In this document: one piece after another, positions 52,193-61,958 of the stretch
How positions within the stretch are numbered: position 1 is the first letter of the stretch
Layout of the letters: each line of letters opens with the position of its first letter
Origin: Alphaproteobacteria bacterium
Lineage (GTDB): Bacteria; Pseudomonadota; Alphaproteobacteria; Bin95
Length of the DNA stretch: 64,000 nt
Assembly: GCA_963665325.3 (NCBI GenBank)
Contig: OZ224045.1
Span: 1,216,001 to 1,280,000, forward strand
Direction: 5' to 3'
Translations under genes and position numbers: made by a program
The notes under the pieces: generated by a model
Seen by the model: only the letters and a program-made list of their open reading frames with translations
Told to the model about the DNA's origin: nothing
Databases searched by the model: none

Positions 52193-52744
52193 TCAGCGCG
52201 GTGGCCAGCGCGCGGGCGGCGGTGGTGGCAGATCCAGCTCGGACAGGTCCAGGTCGTAGTCGGCATGGAAGGCAGGCAGCCGGCCATGTTCGACCGCACC
52301 CAGCACGGCGACGAACCAGCCGGCATAAGCATGGTCCATGCCTGTGCTCTCGCTGGCCAGCCACGGAAAACGTTCGATAAACATCCGGGCGAGCTGTCTT
52401 GGACTCCTGCGGCGCGCATCTTCCCACTCGAAGAAACAGGCGCCCGCGCCGGTAGTGTAGTGGACGCCCGCACACCAATCGATGAGCGACCAGCCGTCGG
52501 GGGCGATATTCGGGACAGAGGCAATTGAACAGCGCCAGTGGAACCCGGAGGGAGACCAGCCCGGCGATATTCGAACGCCTTGGTAGCCCAGCTTGTGCAG
52601 TTCGTGGACCATCGCGAGCAATCGGCGAATATGTCCGAGGCTGCGACGGACCCTTGAACTGCTCTCGAAACCGATCACCTGCTCAAAGCGCGCCAGCGGT
52701 GCCGGAGCCGAACTGTTGCCCGCCGCCCGCTCTCGCGGATTCAT
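52193..52744 (-). CDS. Conserved-looking hypothetical protein
   Basis: LAMVHELHKLGYQGVRISPGWSPSGFHWRC...FFEWED...YAGWF; start codon abuts the upstream stop. Confidence 0.6.
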   Translation of the reverse strand: MNPRERAAGNSSAPAPLARFEQVIGFESSSRVRRSLGHIRRLLAMVHELHKLGYQGVRISPGWSPSGFHWRCSIASVPNIAPDGWSLIDWCAGVHYTTGAGACFFEWEDARRRSPRQLARMFIERFPWLASESTGMDHAYAGWFVAVLGAVEHGRLPAFHADYDLDLSELDLPPPPPARWPPR

Positions 52745-53671
52745 CTACCTCTTCCCAGCTGCGTCGAGTTCGAGTCCCGACCGTGCCAGAGATCTCAGCG
52801 TACCCACATAATGCAATCGTCGCTCCTCCATCCAGTCGACCAGCTCGTCCCAGCGTTTCTCTTCCTGAATGGCGATCTTCGTCGAGCAACCGAAATAGTG
52901 GCCGTCCCGCCTTGACTGATTGGGTCCGAGGGCCTGCGCTAGGGCTTCGGCGTTCTTGTCCATGAACGCGGCAAGGTCCGTTCCCTCCGTGCCCCGCGGC
53001 CCGCGCAGGAACATGCCCGACTCCCGGCTGCCGACATACATCGACAGAAGGACGGACTCGTCCGGGAACATCGGTAGCCAGACGTTCGAGTACCGCGTGG
53101 GCCGGAACAGTCCCGGATGGCGCTCCAGATACCGGTTCCAGAAGGCCTCCCGCAGCGTCGCAAGCTCGGAGTCGGCCTGTCTGACCCTCCGCTCCAGCGC
53201 CCTTTTCCAGGAGTTCGGTTTCTCCACGACCTCGAAGACCGGCGCGAAAGGGCTGTCATCGATCCGGACCACGCGCACGCGAACGGCGAAGAAGGCGAAG
53301 TCGTCGCCGGTGTTGTCGTTGAGCCAGCGGATCGCCGAACGGTGCGCTTCCTCGAAGTCCGGCGCCACCCAGATCACGTATTTCGCCTCCACGCCGGCGA
53401 GATAGGTCATGATCTGGCCGAGGTGCCCGTGATCCGAGTTTCCGAGCTGGTTCTCGACCAGAACCCGTGAGCCCTCTTCGTCGGTCGTGACGATATCGGC
53501 GGAGAACTGTTCGACCGCGACCTCTGTCTCGCCTGGCTCCAGCTTCAGGCCGACAGCGTCAGACAGATGGTCCAGGTTCGCCACGAGCCAGGGCGTGAAG
53601 TCGCGGGCTTCGTTCTGCCACGCCTCGCGCAGCGGCACATCGGTGAGGCGGGCGAAGGAAGTCGTCGTCAT
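52745..53671 (-). CDS. NucS-like PD-(D/E)xK endonuclease with DUF4268-like C-terminus
   Basis: LREAWQNEARDFTPWL, ADIV...VLVENQL..SDHGHLGQIMTY and IWVAPDF.E.HR. Confidence 0.8.
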   Translation of the reverse strand: MTTTSFARLTDVPLREAWQNEARDFTPWLVANLDHLSDAVGLKLEPGETEVAVEQFSADIVTTDEEGSRVLVENQLGNSDHGHLGQIMTYLAGVEAKYVIWVAPDFEEAHRSAIRWLNDNTGDDFAFFAVRVRVVRIDDSPFAPVFEVVEKPNSWKRALERRVRQADSELATLREAFWNRYLERHPGLFRPTRYSNVWLPMFPDESVLLSMYVGSRESGMFLRGPRGTEGTDLAAFMDKNAEALAQALGPNQSRRDGHYFGCSTKIAIQEEKRWDELVDWMEERRLHYVGTLRSLARSGLELDAAGKR

Positions 53672-53887
53672 CCGGATCCTCGCATAGTCATGTCGTTTCG
53701 ACGCAAACGAACCTCTACGCCGGAGCATACATTGCGGGCAAGCTCCTGAAATGTGCCGGCGATCTGCAAGGATGGGACATTGCCCTGCTCTCCGAAGCGG
53801 TAATCTCCCGGCCTTTCGGCTGCCATGTCATCCATTTCAGCCGAGTTCGCGAATGCCGCCGGCGGGCCGGTTTCACGACGCCCGCAT

Positions 53888-54337
53888 TCAGCCGAACAAT
53901 GGCGTCTCGTTCTCCATCCATTTGCGGAACTGCCGCTCGATCTCCGGCGCATGGTCGGGGCCGAACGCCTCCGCCAGAAGCGGCACGAGTTCTTCATCTC
54001 GGCCCTGCCGGACCATGTCGCGCAGCACCGTCATGAGCAGCAGCTCCACGGACTGCCGGAGTCGTTCGATGGAATTTCCGCGCGGACCCGCCGCCGCCAA
54101 GGTGGTTTCCGCCATGCGGGCGACCCGGTCGAACAGAAGCCGCTGCTCCGCCCCGGAGAGAACCAGCGACGGCCCGGACATTGCCTTCGGGTCGAGTTCG
54201 ACGTTCAGCCCCGCCGAAATCATGTGCTCGTTGATCGAAACGCCGCGCCGCTCCGCAATCTCCCGGCTTCGCTCCCAGTCCAGGTCGGAGCAGGAGATGG
54301 TCAGCCGCACCCGCTCGCCCGGGCGGCGCGCCCTCAT
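53888..54337 (-). CDS. RHH/MobC-like protein
   Basis: VRLTISCSDLDWERSREIAERRGVSINEHM; ATGA overlap at 54334-54337. Confidence 0.65.
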   Translation of the reverse strand: MRARRPGERVRLTISCSDLDWERSREIAERRGVSINEHMISAGLNVELDPKAMSGPSLVLSGAEQRLLFDRVARMAETTLAAAGPRGNSIERLRQSVELLLMTVLRDMVRQGRDEELVPLLAEAFGPDHAPEIERQFRKWMENETPLFG

Positions 54338-54663
54338 CGGTCCGCCCCGCCCGAACGGCGCGCCCACAACTCGCGCTGGATGAACGCGATTGCGCCGAAC
54401 AACGACAGGTCCGTGCCGGGAAGCGCCTCGTGCAATGCACGATGGACAGCGTCCATCCGCGCCACCCTGTCATGCAATGTCCGCTGTTCCTCCTCCGAGA
54501 GCACGAGCCGGGGCTCCTTGCGAGGCGGGGCGCCCGCATCCTCGTGCAGCGCGCAGGCTACCAGGAAGTGCGACACCGGCATGCCCGCCGCATCGGCCCT
54601 CGCCCTGATCGCAGCCTTCTCGACCGGCGTGCAGCGCAGGGTGCGGCGAACCTGCCTTGCCAT
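54334..54663 (-). CDS. RHH/MobC-like protein
   Basis: RTLRCTPVEKAAIRARADAAGMPVSHFLVACAL; GAGG RBS. Confidence 0.72.
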   Translation of the reverse strand: MARQVRRTLRCTPVEKAAIRARADAAGMPVSHFLVACALHEDAGAPPRKEPRLVLSEEEQRTLHDRVARMDAVHRALHEALPGTDLSLFGAIAFIQRELWARRSGGADR

Positions 54664-54670
54664 GACCGCC

Positions 54671-55054
54671 TCAGGGCTGCGGCGCGGGGCCGCCCTCCGG
54701 ATCGGCGCTGCCCGAAACCGCCTGCCACCGTACTGCCGCGCCAGGATCGGTCAGACGGTCCAGGTCCCCCTCCCGCGAGAGCCACGCATCGACGGCATCG
54801 CCAAGAGCGGCCCACCGGTCCCCCAGGTCGAGATCTTCCATGCGCTCCTGCTCCACCTTCGCCAGCACCAGCAGTTCGCGCACCGCACGCCGCATGACGA
54901 CGGCCGGCACGGCCTCCGCCATGATGGCCCGGTGAACGATGTAGCGCGAGATTTCCATGCCCGCCTCGTCGGCCAGCTCCCTGATGCGCGCCCACTCGTT
55001 CGCCGTCGCCATCACCGCGTGCTGGGTGCGGCGGCCCCCCGGCGGCCGGCTCAT
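54671..55054 (-). CDS. RHH/MobC-like protein
   Basis: HAVMATANEWARIRELADEAGMEISRYIVHRA. Confidence 0.65.
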   Translation of the reverse strand: MSRPPGGRRTQHAVMATANEWARIRELADEAGMEISRYIVHRAIMAEAVPAVVMRRAVRELLVLAKVEQERMEDLDLGDRWAALGDAVDAWLSREGDLDRLTDPGAAVRWQAVSGSADPEGGPAPQP

Positions 55055-55429
55055 AACGACGCCTCTGGAGCTGCTGTCGTCGTCACCATCCCCCATTTTG
55101 CCGGCAAGTATCCTTGCTTTTTTCCTGTATCATTTATCATATCCATCCTCTCACAGACTGTTTCAGTGCATCATCTCCATGATCGCGATTGCCTTCGTAT
55201 CAGACAGGCTTTCATGCATCAAGTTATGCTCAGTGCCTCCCAATGGCAACGCGTTATCTCGATTCTACTTCCCCAAGTGCAATTATTGCCTTCAAGACGT
55301 TCCATGTAGGTCAATCCGATTTCGAGCCATTGCCTCTTGCCATGGCCAAAAATATCCAGTATTTAAGCCTCCTTCATGGGAGGAATGCGCCCCTCTGTCA
55401 GATAGTGCCCTACCCCGAAAAATCTCATT

Positions 55430-55706
55430 TGGGATTTACACCGTATTCCTGTCCGTGGCCGATGCGATGGAGTCCGAGGACGAGGTTTCGTGGAAGATCG
55501 CCGCGCAACTCATCGGGGACCGGGGGACATTGATGCGCGAGATGCGCGCCCGCTATGTGGAACTCGATCCGCCCTTGGTGAATCCGGAAGCGCTGAATGT
55601 CCTGCTCATCACCAATGCAGTGGAGGAAACCTTCTTCCTGATGGCGAAGATCGAGGCGGAATTCAATCCGTATTCGGGCGCCGAAGAGCATGTCCCCCAC
55701 GCCTGA
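55430..55706 (+). pseudogene. 3' end of a truncated gene (resembles the Na/Pi cotransporter C-terminus); likely right island junction
   Basis: GIYTVFLSVADAMESEDE..QLIGDRGTLMREMR...VEETFFLM follows abruptly from AT-rich DNA. Confidence 0.4.
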
Positions 55707-55894
55707 CGCCGCCGGGCGGGACAGGCGACCGGGCCTGCGCCTTCAGCCGTCGGCGCGTTCGCGCATCCTGAGCCTCGCTTCCCCCAGCAGGGCGCCGGCG
55801 CCCGAGCCCGCCGGGCTGCTCCGCTCCAGCGCTTCCATGATCGGGTCCTCCCGGTCTTGCGCGCCTGCCTTCGGTTGCAGCGGCGCAGGCCCTT

Positions 55895-56710
55895 CTACGG
55901 CGCGCTGAAACGCCGGGCCGCGTCATCGAGGCGCACGAATTCCGCACCCAGGCGGCGGAGGCCCTGGATCAGCGGTTCGAGGAATAGCATCCGGTGGCCC
56001 CGGCCGATCACCAGCGGGTGGAAGGTGTAGGTCATCAGTCCGCCCTCCTCGTGGCGGACCATGTATCGGAAATCGTCCAGCCAGTTTTCCAGCACGGCGC
56101 CCGTGCCTCTGAGGCCCGGCATGCCGGGCGGCATGAATTCGAAATGCGGCCAGTCGTCCGCGCTCCAGGAGACCGGCAATTCCAGAAGTTCGGTTTCCTC
56201 GCCGAAGGTCGAAGCCTCGTCGGCCCGTATGACATCGCCACGGCGCACCCGGTAGGGCTGCGTGTCGTGGCCCATCATCGAGCTGTCATAGGCGAAGCCG
56301 CGCTCCAGCAGCAGTTCGACGGAATGCTCGGAAAGATCCCAGGCAGGCGAGCGGTAGCCGCGCGGGCGCGCGCCGGTCAGCGCCTCGATGGCGGCAATGC
56401 CCAGGTCCAACTCCTCCGCTTCTTCCTCCCTCGACAACTGGGTCGGCGTGATATGCCGCCAGCCGTGGTGGCCGATCTCGTGGCCGGCCTCGTGGATGCG
56501 CCGACTATGGTCCGGCCACGTGCCGATGGTGATGCCCGGAATGAAGAAGGAGGCGGCAATGCCGTGGCGGTCCAGCAGCCGCAATATGCGCTCGACCCCG
56601 ACCGCGCCGAACTCGCCGCGCGAAAGCATGGTTGGCGAGGTCCGGCCGCGGGCGATGAAGCCAGACATGCCGTCGAAATCGAAGGTGAGTGCTGCAAGGC
56701 AGGCCGTCAT
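55895..56710 (-). CDS. Polysaccharide deacetylase (CE4, PgdA/PuuE-like)
   Basis: TFDFD, EIGHHGWRH, GYRSP, YDSS and TFHP. Confidence 0.88.
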   Translation of the reverse strand: MTACLAALTFDFDGMSGFIARGRTSPTMLSRGEFGAVGVERILRLLDRHGIAASFFIPGITIGTWPDHSRRIHEAGHEIGHHGWRHITPTQLSREEEAEELDLGIAAIEALTGARPRGYRSPAWDLSEHSVELLLERGFAYDSSMMGHDTQPYRVRRGDVIRADEASTFGEETELLELPVSWSADDWPHFEFMPPGMPGLRGTGAVLENWLDDFRYMVRHEEGGLMTYTFHPLVIGRGHRMLFLEPLIQGLRRLGAEFVRLDDAARRFSAP

Positions 56711-57531
56711 CCGCCCATCTCCTCCGACCAGGGCCGGCCGCGCACCGATGCGGCGAGCCCGCCATCGACGACCAGCTCCGTCCCGGTAATGTAGGCTGAC
56801 TCGTCCGAAGCGAGGAATAGCACGGCATAGGCCACGTCCCAGGCCGTGCCCGCGCGGCCCATCGGCACGATGCCGGCTCGCTCTTCCAGCACGCTCTCGA
56901 AACTGTCGCCGTGGACTTCCTTCAGCCGCCGGGTAATGCGCGGCGTCGCCATCATCCCCGGCAGCACCGCATTGCAGCGTATGCCCTGCGGCGCGTATTG
57001 CCCGGCGATGTTGCGCGTCAGTTCATTGACCGCCCCTTTCGAGGCCGAATAGGCGACCGCGGGATAGGCGAAGCGCAGGCTCGCCAGCGACGAGTTGTTG
57101 ACGATCGAGCCGCGCCCCTGTTCGACCATGACCGGCAGCACATGCTTGCAGGCAAGGAACATCGACTTGACATTGACCGCCATCAGCCGGTCCCAGTCTT
57201 CTTCGTCGAGTTCCACCGGGCCGCCGAGTGCCTGGAGGCCGACATTGTTGAAAAGGATGTCGATCCGTCCCCAGGCATCGAGGCAGGCGGCCACCGCCGC
57301 CTCGACTTCGGCTGCAACCGACATATCCGCCTGCCAGGCCCGCGCCTCGCCGCCCTCGGCATGAATCTCCGCCGCTGTTTCCTCCGCGGCGGCCCCGTTC
57401 CGGTCCACGCAGAAGACGCGCGCACCTTCCCGCGCCATCAATGCCGCGCTCGCCTTGCCGTTGGACCACCCCTCGGCGATCGACCCCGCCCCGGCGACCA
57501 GCGCTGCCTTGCCTGCAAGACGCCCGTCCAT
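56707..57531 (-). CDS. SDR family oxidoreductase
   Basis: VAGAGS...GKA, NNVG, YSASK and ITGTELVVDGG. Confidence 0.92.
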   Translation of the reverse strand: MDGRLAGKAALVAGAGSIAEGWSNGKASAALMAREGARVFCVDRNGAAAEETAAEIHAEGGEARAWQADMSVAAEVEAAVAACLDAWGRIDILFNNVGLQALGGPVELDEEDWDRLMAVNVKSMFLACKHVLPVMVEQGRGSIVNNSSLASLRFAYPAVAYSASKGAVNELTRNIAGQYAPQGIRCNAVLPGMMATPRITRRLKEVHGDSFESVLEERAGIVPMGRAGTAWDVAYAVLFLASDESAYITGTELVVDGGLAASVRGRPWSEEMGG

Positions 57532-57610
57532 GTTGCACCCTCCCGGTCCCGCCGCGCCAGTATGGCACGCGGGCCCGGGGCGCGCATGGGACGCTGGCCG
57601 TCCCGGCGGG

Positions 57611-57922
57611 TCAGGTGAGCGTGCCGGCCGGCCGCGCCCGCCGCCGGCGGCAGAGCAGGAACAGCACGATAGCCAGCGCGCCCGGGACGACCCAGGCCGG
57701 CCAGAGCAGCAACTGCACGAAGGCCGGGTCCCAGAGCCAGGGATGCAGGTATCGCTGGATCACGGCCTGGGCGAGGTTGAGGCTGCCGCTGTCCAGCGAG
57801 AACCAGACCTGCCCGAGCGCCTGCGGCTGCCAGCCGCCTCCGGCTGCGGCCTGCCAGATGTCGCCGCCGAGCGCGATCATCGCGCCGCAGGCGAACAACA
57901 GGGCTATGAGACGACAGACAAT
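57611..57922 (-). CDS. Small membrane protein
   Basis: Two TM segments with SLNLAQAVIQRYLHPWLWDP between them; start uncertain. Confidence 0.6.
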   Translation of the reverse strand: MVCRLIALLFACGAMIALGGDIWQAAAGGGWQPQALGQVWFSLDSGSLNLAQAVIQRYLHPWLWDPAFVQLLLWPAWVVPGALAIVLFLLCRRRRARPAGTLT

Positions 57923-58015
57923 CAATGAACCTCTCCAGAAGGCAAAACTAGCGACAATGCGAGCGCTTGCCAAATCCGTTGTGCAATGCAACAACCCCGC
58001 GCTCGGAGAGGTGGC

Positions 58016-59113
58016 ATGCTAGCAGGGATACCGAAGGAAACCGCGCCGCGCGAGCGCCGTGTCGCCGCGACGCCGGACAGCGTGAAACGGCTGCTGGCAA
58101 TGGGTTTCGAGGTGCGCGTGGAACCGGATGCCGGGGCTGCCGCCGGCTACACGGACGCCGCCTATGTCGAGGCCGGCGCAGAGATCGACCCGGAGGCTCC
58201 CGAAGCGGCGGACCTGGTGCTTGCGGTGCAGATGCCGGCCATCGAGCGACTGAAGCGCGGTGCGATGCTTGCGGGCCTGCTGGCGCCCTTCGGCGATGAC
58301 GGCGGTCCGGCCGCGCTCGCTGCCGCCGGCGTCGAGGCGTTCGCGATGGAGCTCATGCCGCGCATCACCCGCGCGCAGACCATGGATGCGCTTTCGAGCC
58401 AGTCCAACCTCGCCGGCTATGCGGCGGTGATCCGCGGCGCCGATCTCTTCGGCCGCGCCTTCCCGATGATGGTGACGGCCGCAGGGACCATCGCGCCCGC
58501 AAGGGTGCTGATACTGGGTGCCGGAGTGGCCGGCCTTCAGGCAATAGCGACCGCCCGGCGCCTCGGGGCGGTCGTCTCGGCGATGGATGTGCGCCCGGCC
58601 GCGCGCGAGCAGGTGGAGAGCCTCGGCGCCAGTTTCATCGAGGTGGCCCACAGGGAGCCGAGCCTTGCCGAGGACGAAGGCGGCTACGCCCGCGAGACGG
58701 GCGAGGATTACAAGCGCGAGCAGGCCGACAAGCTGGCCGAGACGCTCGCGCGCACAAACATCGTCATTACGACTGCGCAGATCCCCGGCCGGCCGGCGCC
58801 GCGCCTGCTCTCGGTGGAGGCGGTGCGCGAAATGGCGCCCGGCTCCGTAGTCATCGATATCGCGGTCGCACAGGGCGGCAATTGCGAGCTGAGCCAGGCC
58901 GACCGTATCGTCGAGGAGCAAGGCGTGCTCATCGTCGGCGACAGCGACCTGCCGTCCCGCGTGGCGCAGGATGCAAGCGCCCTCTATGCACGCAATCTCG
59001 TGAATTTCGTCGAGCTGCTGGTGGACAAGGAGCGCGGCGTGCTGGCTCCCGACTACGAAGACCCGATTGTCTCTGCGACGGCACTGAAAGCGAAGGACGC
59101 CCCCGATGGCTGA
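58016..59113 (+). CDS. pntA: NAD(P) transhydrogenase alpha subunit part 1 (PntAA)
   Basis: GIPKE...[32 protein letters not shown] and GGNCE. Confidence 0.95.
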   Translation: MLAGIPKETAPRERRVAATPDSVKRLLAMGFEVRVEPDAGAAAGYTDAAYVEAGAEIDPEAPEAADLVLAVQMPAIERLKRGAMLAGLLAPFGDDGGPAALAAAGVEAFAMELMPRITRAQTMDALSSQSNLAGYAAVIRGADLFGRAFPMMVTAAGTIAPARVLILGAGVAGLQAIATARRLGAVVSAMDVRPAAREQVESLGASFIEVAHREPSLAEDEGGYARETGEDYKREQADKLAETLARTNIVITTAQIPGRPAPRLLSVEAVREMAPGSVVIDIAVAQGGNCELSQADRIVEEQGVLIVGDSDLPSRVAQDASALYARNLVNFVELLVDKERGVLAPDYEDPIVSATALKAKDAPDG

Positions 59114-59522
59114 CCCCCTCAACCGGGACGCTGCGGCGATTGCGGACCGTGCCGGGCAGCTTGCCGACGAAGCGCAGCGGCTGGCCGCCGAGGCATCCGA
59201 CCTCGCCCATCGTGCGGCCCAGGCGGATGCGCCCGGGACCGACCCCCTGCTGTTCGGCCTGACCGTGTTCGCGCTTGCCTGCTTCGTCGGCTATTACGTG
59301 GTCTGGAAGGTCACGCCAGCACTTCATGCGCCGCTGATGTCGGTAGCCAACGCCATTTCCGGTGTGGTCGTGCTTGGCGCGATGATTGCCGCCGGCCCGG
59401 CCATTTTCGGCATCTCCAAGATCCTGGGTTTCGTCGCCGTGGTGCTGGCCTCGGTCAATATCTTCGGCGGTTTCATCATCACCCAGAGAATGCTGCAGAT
59501 GTTCCGCAAGAAGGACGGCTGA
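59106..59522 (+). CDS. pntA: NAD(P) transhydrogenase alpha subunit part 2 (PntAB)
   Basis: [18 protein letters not shown] and [14 protein letters not shown]. Confidence 0.93.
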   Translation: MADPLNRDAAAIADRAGQLADEAQRLAAEASDLAHRAAQADAPGTDPLLFGLTVFALACFVGYYVVWKVTPALHAPLMSVANAISGVVVLGAMIAAGPAIFGISKILGFVAVVLASVNIFGGFIITQRMLQMFRKKDG

Positions 59523-59526
59523 CGGG

Positions 59527-60918
59527 ATGGAAGCCTCGATTGCATCCTTCGCCTATCTGGTGGCGGCGATCTGCTTCATCCTGGGTATTCGCGGCCTCGC
59601 CTCGCCCGAGACCGCGCGCCAGGGCAACTGGATCGCCATCGCCGGCATGGCCATCGCCGTCGGCGCAACCCTGCTGCGCCCGCAGATCGCCACATTCGAG
59701 CTGGTGCTGGGCGGCATCGTCATCGGCGGCGCCGTCGGCACGCTGATTGCGCTTCGGGTCAAGATCACGGACCTGCCGCAGCTGGTCGCGATCTTCAACA
59801 GCCTGGTTGGCCTCGCCGCGGTGCTGATCGCGGCGGCCGCCCTGGAGAGCCCGAGCCTCTACGGCATTCCGCTCAATGGCGGGCTGGCGACCCACAGCCT
59901 GGTCGAGATCATGGCCTCGACCGCCATCGGCGCCGTCACCTTCACCGGCTCGGTCGTCGCCTTCGCCAAGCTGCAGGGCCTGATGCGGAGCGCGCCCATC
60001 ACCTTCACCGGCCAGCGGGCGGTCAACGCCTTTGTCGGGCTGATCGTGCTGATGGCGGCGCTTGCCTTCGCGGGCTGGGGCACGGCCGGCCTGTTCTGGG
60101 CGCTCGCGCTCGCGGCGCTCATATGGGGGGTGCTGGTGGTCATCCCCATCGGCGGGGCGGACATGCCGGTCGTCATCTCGGTGCTGAACTCGGCATCGGG
60201 CTGGGCCTCCTGCGGCATCGGCTTCACGCTCGATAACCCGCTGATGATCATTACCGGGGCGCTGGTCGGCGCGTCCGGGGCGATCCTCTCCTACATCATG
60301 TGCAAGGGCATGAACCGCTCGCTCGCCCATGTGCTGCTGGGCGGCTTCGGCGGCGAGACCGAGGGGCCGACCGGGGAAGCCGCGGATCGGGGGCCGGTCA
60401 AGGCCGGCAATGCGGGAGACGCCGCTTTCATGATGCGCAATGCCGGTTCGGTGGTGGTCGTTCCCGGCTACGGCATGGCGGTGGCCCAGGCCCAGCACGC
60501 GCTCCGCGAGATGGTCGATATGCTGGAAGGGGAGGGCGTGCGGGTACGCTTTGCCATCCACCCGGTTGCAGGGCGGATGCCGGGGCACATGAATGTGCTG
60601 CTGGCGGAAGCCAATGTCCCCTATGACAAGGTGGTAGAGATGGAGGCCATCAACCGCGACTTTCCCTCCACCGACATTGCTTTCGTTATCGGCGCGAACG
60701 ATATCACCAACCCCTCGGCGCGAACCGACCCCTCCAGCCCCATCTACGGCATGCCCGTGCTGGAGGTGGACCGGGCGCGGATGGTCATGTTCGTCAAGCG
60801 GTCCATGGCGAGCGGCTATGCCGGCGTCGATAATCCACTGTTCTTCAACGAGAATACGATGATGCTGTTCGGCGACGCCAAGGCGATGTGCGAAGGCGTC
60901 ATCAAGTCCCTGGAATAG
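59527..60918 (+). CDS. pntB: NAD(P) transhydrogenase beta subunit
   Basis: IGGADMPVVIS, PGYGMAVAQAQ, HPVAGRMPGHMNVLLAEA and KRSMASGYAG. Confidence 0.96.
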   Translation: MEASIASFAYLVAAICFILGIRGLASPETARQGNWIAIAGMAIAVGATLLRPQIATFELVLGGIVIGGAVGTLIALRVKITDLPQLVAIFNSLVGLAAVLIAAAALESPSLYGIPLNGGLATHSLVEIMASTAIGAVTFTGSVVAFAKLQGLMRSAPITFTGQRAVNAFVGLIVLMAALAFAGWGTAGLFWALALAALIWGVLVVIPIGGADMPVVISVLNSASGWASCGIGFTLDNPLMIITGALVGASGAILSYIMCKGMNRSLAHVLLGGFGGETEGPTGEAADRGPVKAGNAGDAAFMMRNAGSVVVVPGYGMAVAQAQHALREMVDMLEGEGVRVRFAIHPVAGRMPGHMNVLLAEANVPYDKVVEMEAINRDFPSTDIAFVIGANDITNPSARTDPSSPIYGMPVLEVDRARMVMFVKRSMASGYAGVDNPLFFNENTMMLFGDAKAMCEGVIKSLE

Positions 60919-60932
60919 AGGGCGCGCAATCC

Positions 60933-61958
60933 ATGACACGCATCGTGAAGATCGCCCAGTGGGGCGAGCCGGTGGAGGTGGACGACGACCAGACGCTGCT
61001 GGAAGCGGCGCTGGAGCAGGGCGTTCCCTATCCGCACGGTTGCCGGTCGGGCAATTGCGGGGCCTGCAAGAGCCGGCTCTATGCCGGCAGCGTGGAGATG
61101 GAGCCCTATTCCGACTTCGCGCTGACGGACGAGGAAAAGGAAAGCGGTTTCGTCCTTGCCTGCCGTTCGCACCCGCAGGAGAACCTCGAGGTCGCCTGGC
61201 TCAACGACGACGAGGAAATGGTCGCCCATCCGCTGCGCCGCTTCGAGGCGACGGTCGCGGAACGCACTGAGATGACGCACGACATCGTGCGGCTCAGGCT
61301 CGCTGTGCCGGAGGGTGTCGATTTCGCCTATACGGCCGGCCAGTACGCCTCGCTCGCCTTCGCCGGCCGCCCGGCGCGCGACTATTCCATGGCGACGGGT
61401 CCCGGCGGCGGCATGCTCGAATTCCACATCCGCGCGATGGACGACGGCGAAGTGTCCAACTTCGTCCGGGACGAGATAAACGAGGGCGACAAGGTTGCCG
61501 TCGAGGGGCCTTACGGCGCGGCTTATCTGCGCGAGGCGCATCGCGGGCCGATCCTCGCCATTGCGGGCGGATCGGGCCTGGCACCCGTCAAGGCGATCAT
61601 GGAGACGGCGCTCGCCAAAGACATGCCGCAGCCGATCTACTTCTATTTCGGGGTGCGCGGCGAATGCGACGTCTATCTCGAAGAAGAACTCGCCGGGCTG
61701 GCATCGAAGCATGAGCGGCTTCGCGTCCAGATCGTGTTGTCGGAGCCGGAGGATGAGACCGCCCGCCGCACGGGCTTCGTCCATGAGGCGGTGGCGGCCG
61801 ATTTCGACGATCTGGACGGTTGCAAGGCCTATCTCGCCGGGCCGCCGGTGATGGTCGAGGCGGCGACGGAGATGCTCGCGATCCGAGACATGCGCCCCGA
61901 GGACATCCACGCCGACGCCTTCTATACCGAGGCGGAGAAAGCCGCGCTCAATGGCTGA
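60933..61958 (+). CDS. 2Fe-2S ferredoxin:NAD(P)H reductase (oxygenase reductase-like)
   Basis: CRSGNCGACK, LAC, RDYSMA, AGGSGLAP and YLAGPPVMV. Confidence 0.9.
   Translation: MTRIVKIAQWGEPVEVDDDQTLLEAALEQGVPYPHGCRSGNCGACKSRLYAGSVEMEPYSDFALTDEEKESGFVLACRSHPQENLEVAWLNDDEEMVAHPLRRFEATVAERTEMTHDIVRLRLAVPEGVDFAYTAGQYASLAFAGRPARDYSMATGPGGGMLEFHIRAMDDGEVSNFVRDEINEGDKVAVEGPYGAAYLREAHRGPILAIAGGSGLAPVKAIMETALAKDMPQPIYFYFGVRGECDVYLEEELAGLASKHERLRVQIVLSEPEDETARRTGFVHEAVAADFDDLDGCKAYLAGPPVMVEAATEMLAIRDMRPEDIHADAFYTEAEKAALNG

Noticed and set aside
60933-61958. Reductase as partner of the island P450
   Set aside because: 30 kb away in a core operon with pnt and xth; no linkage evidence.
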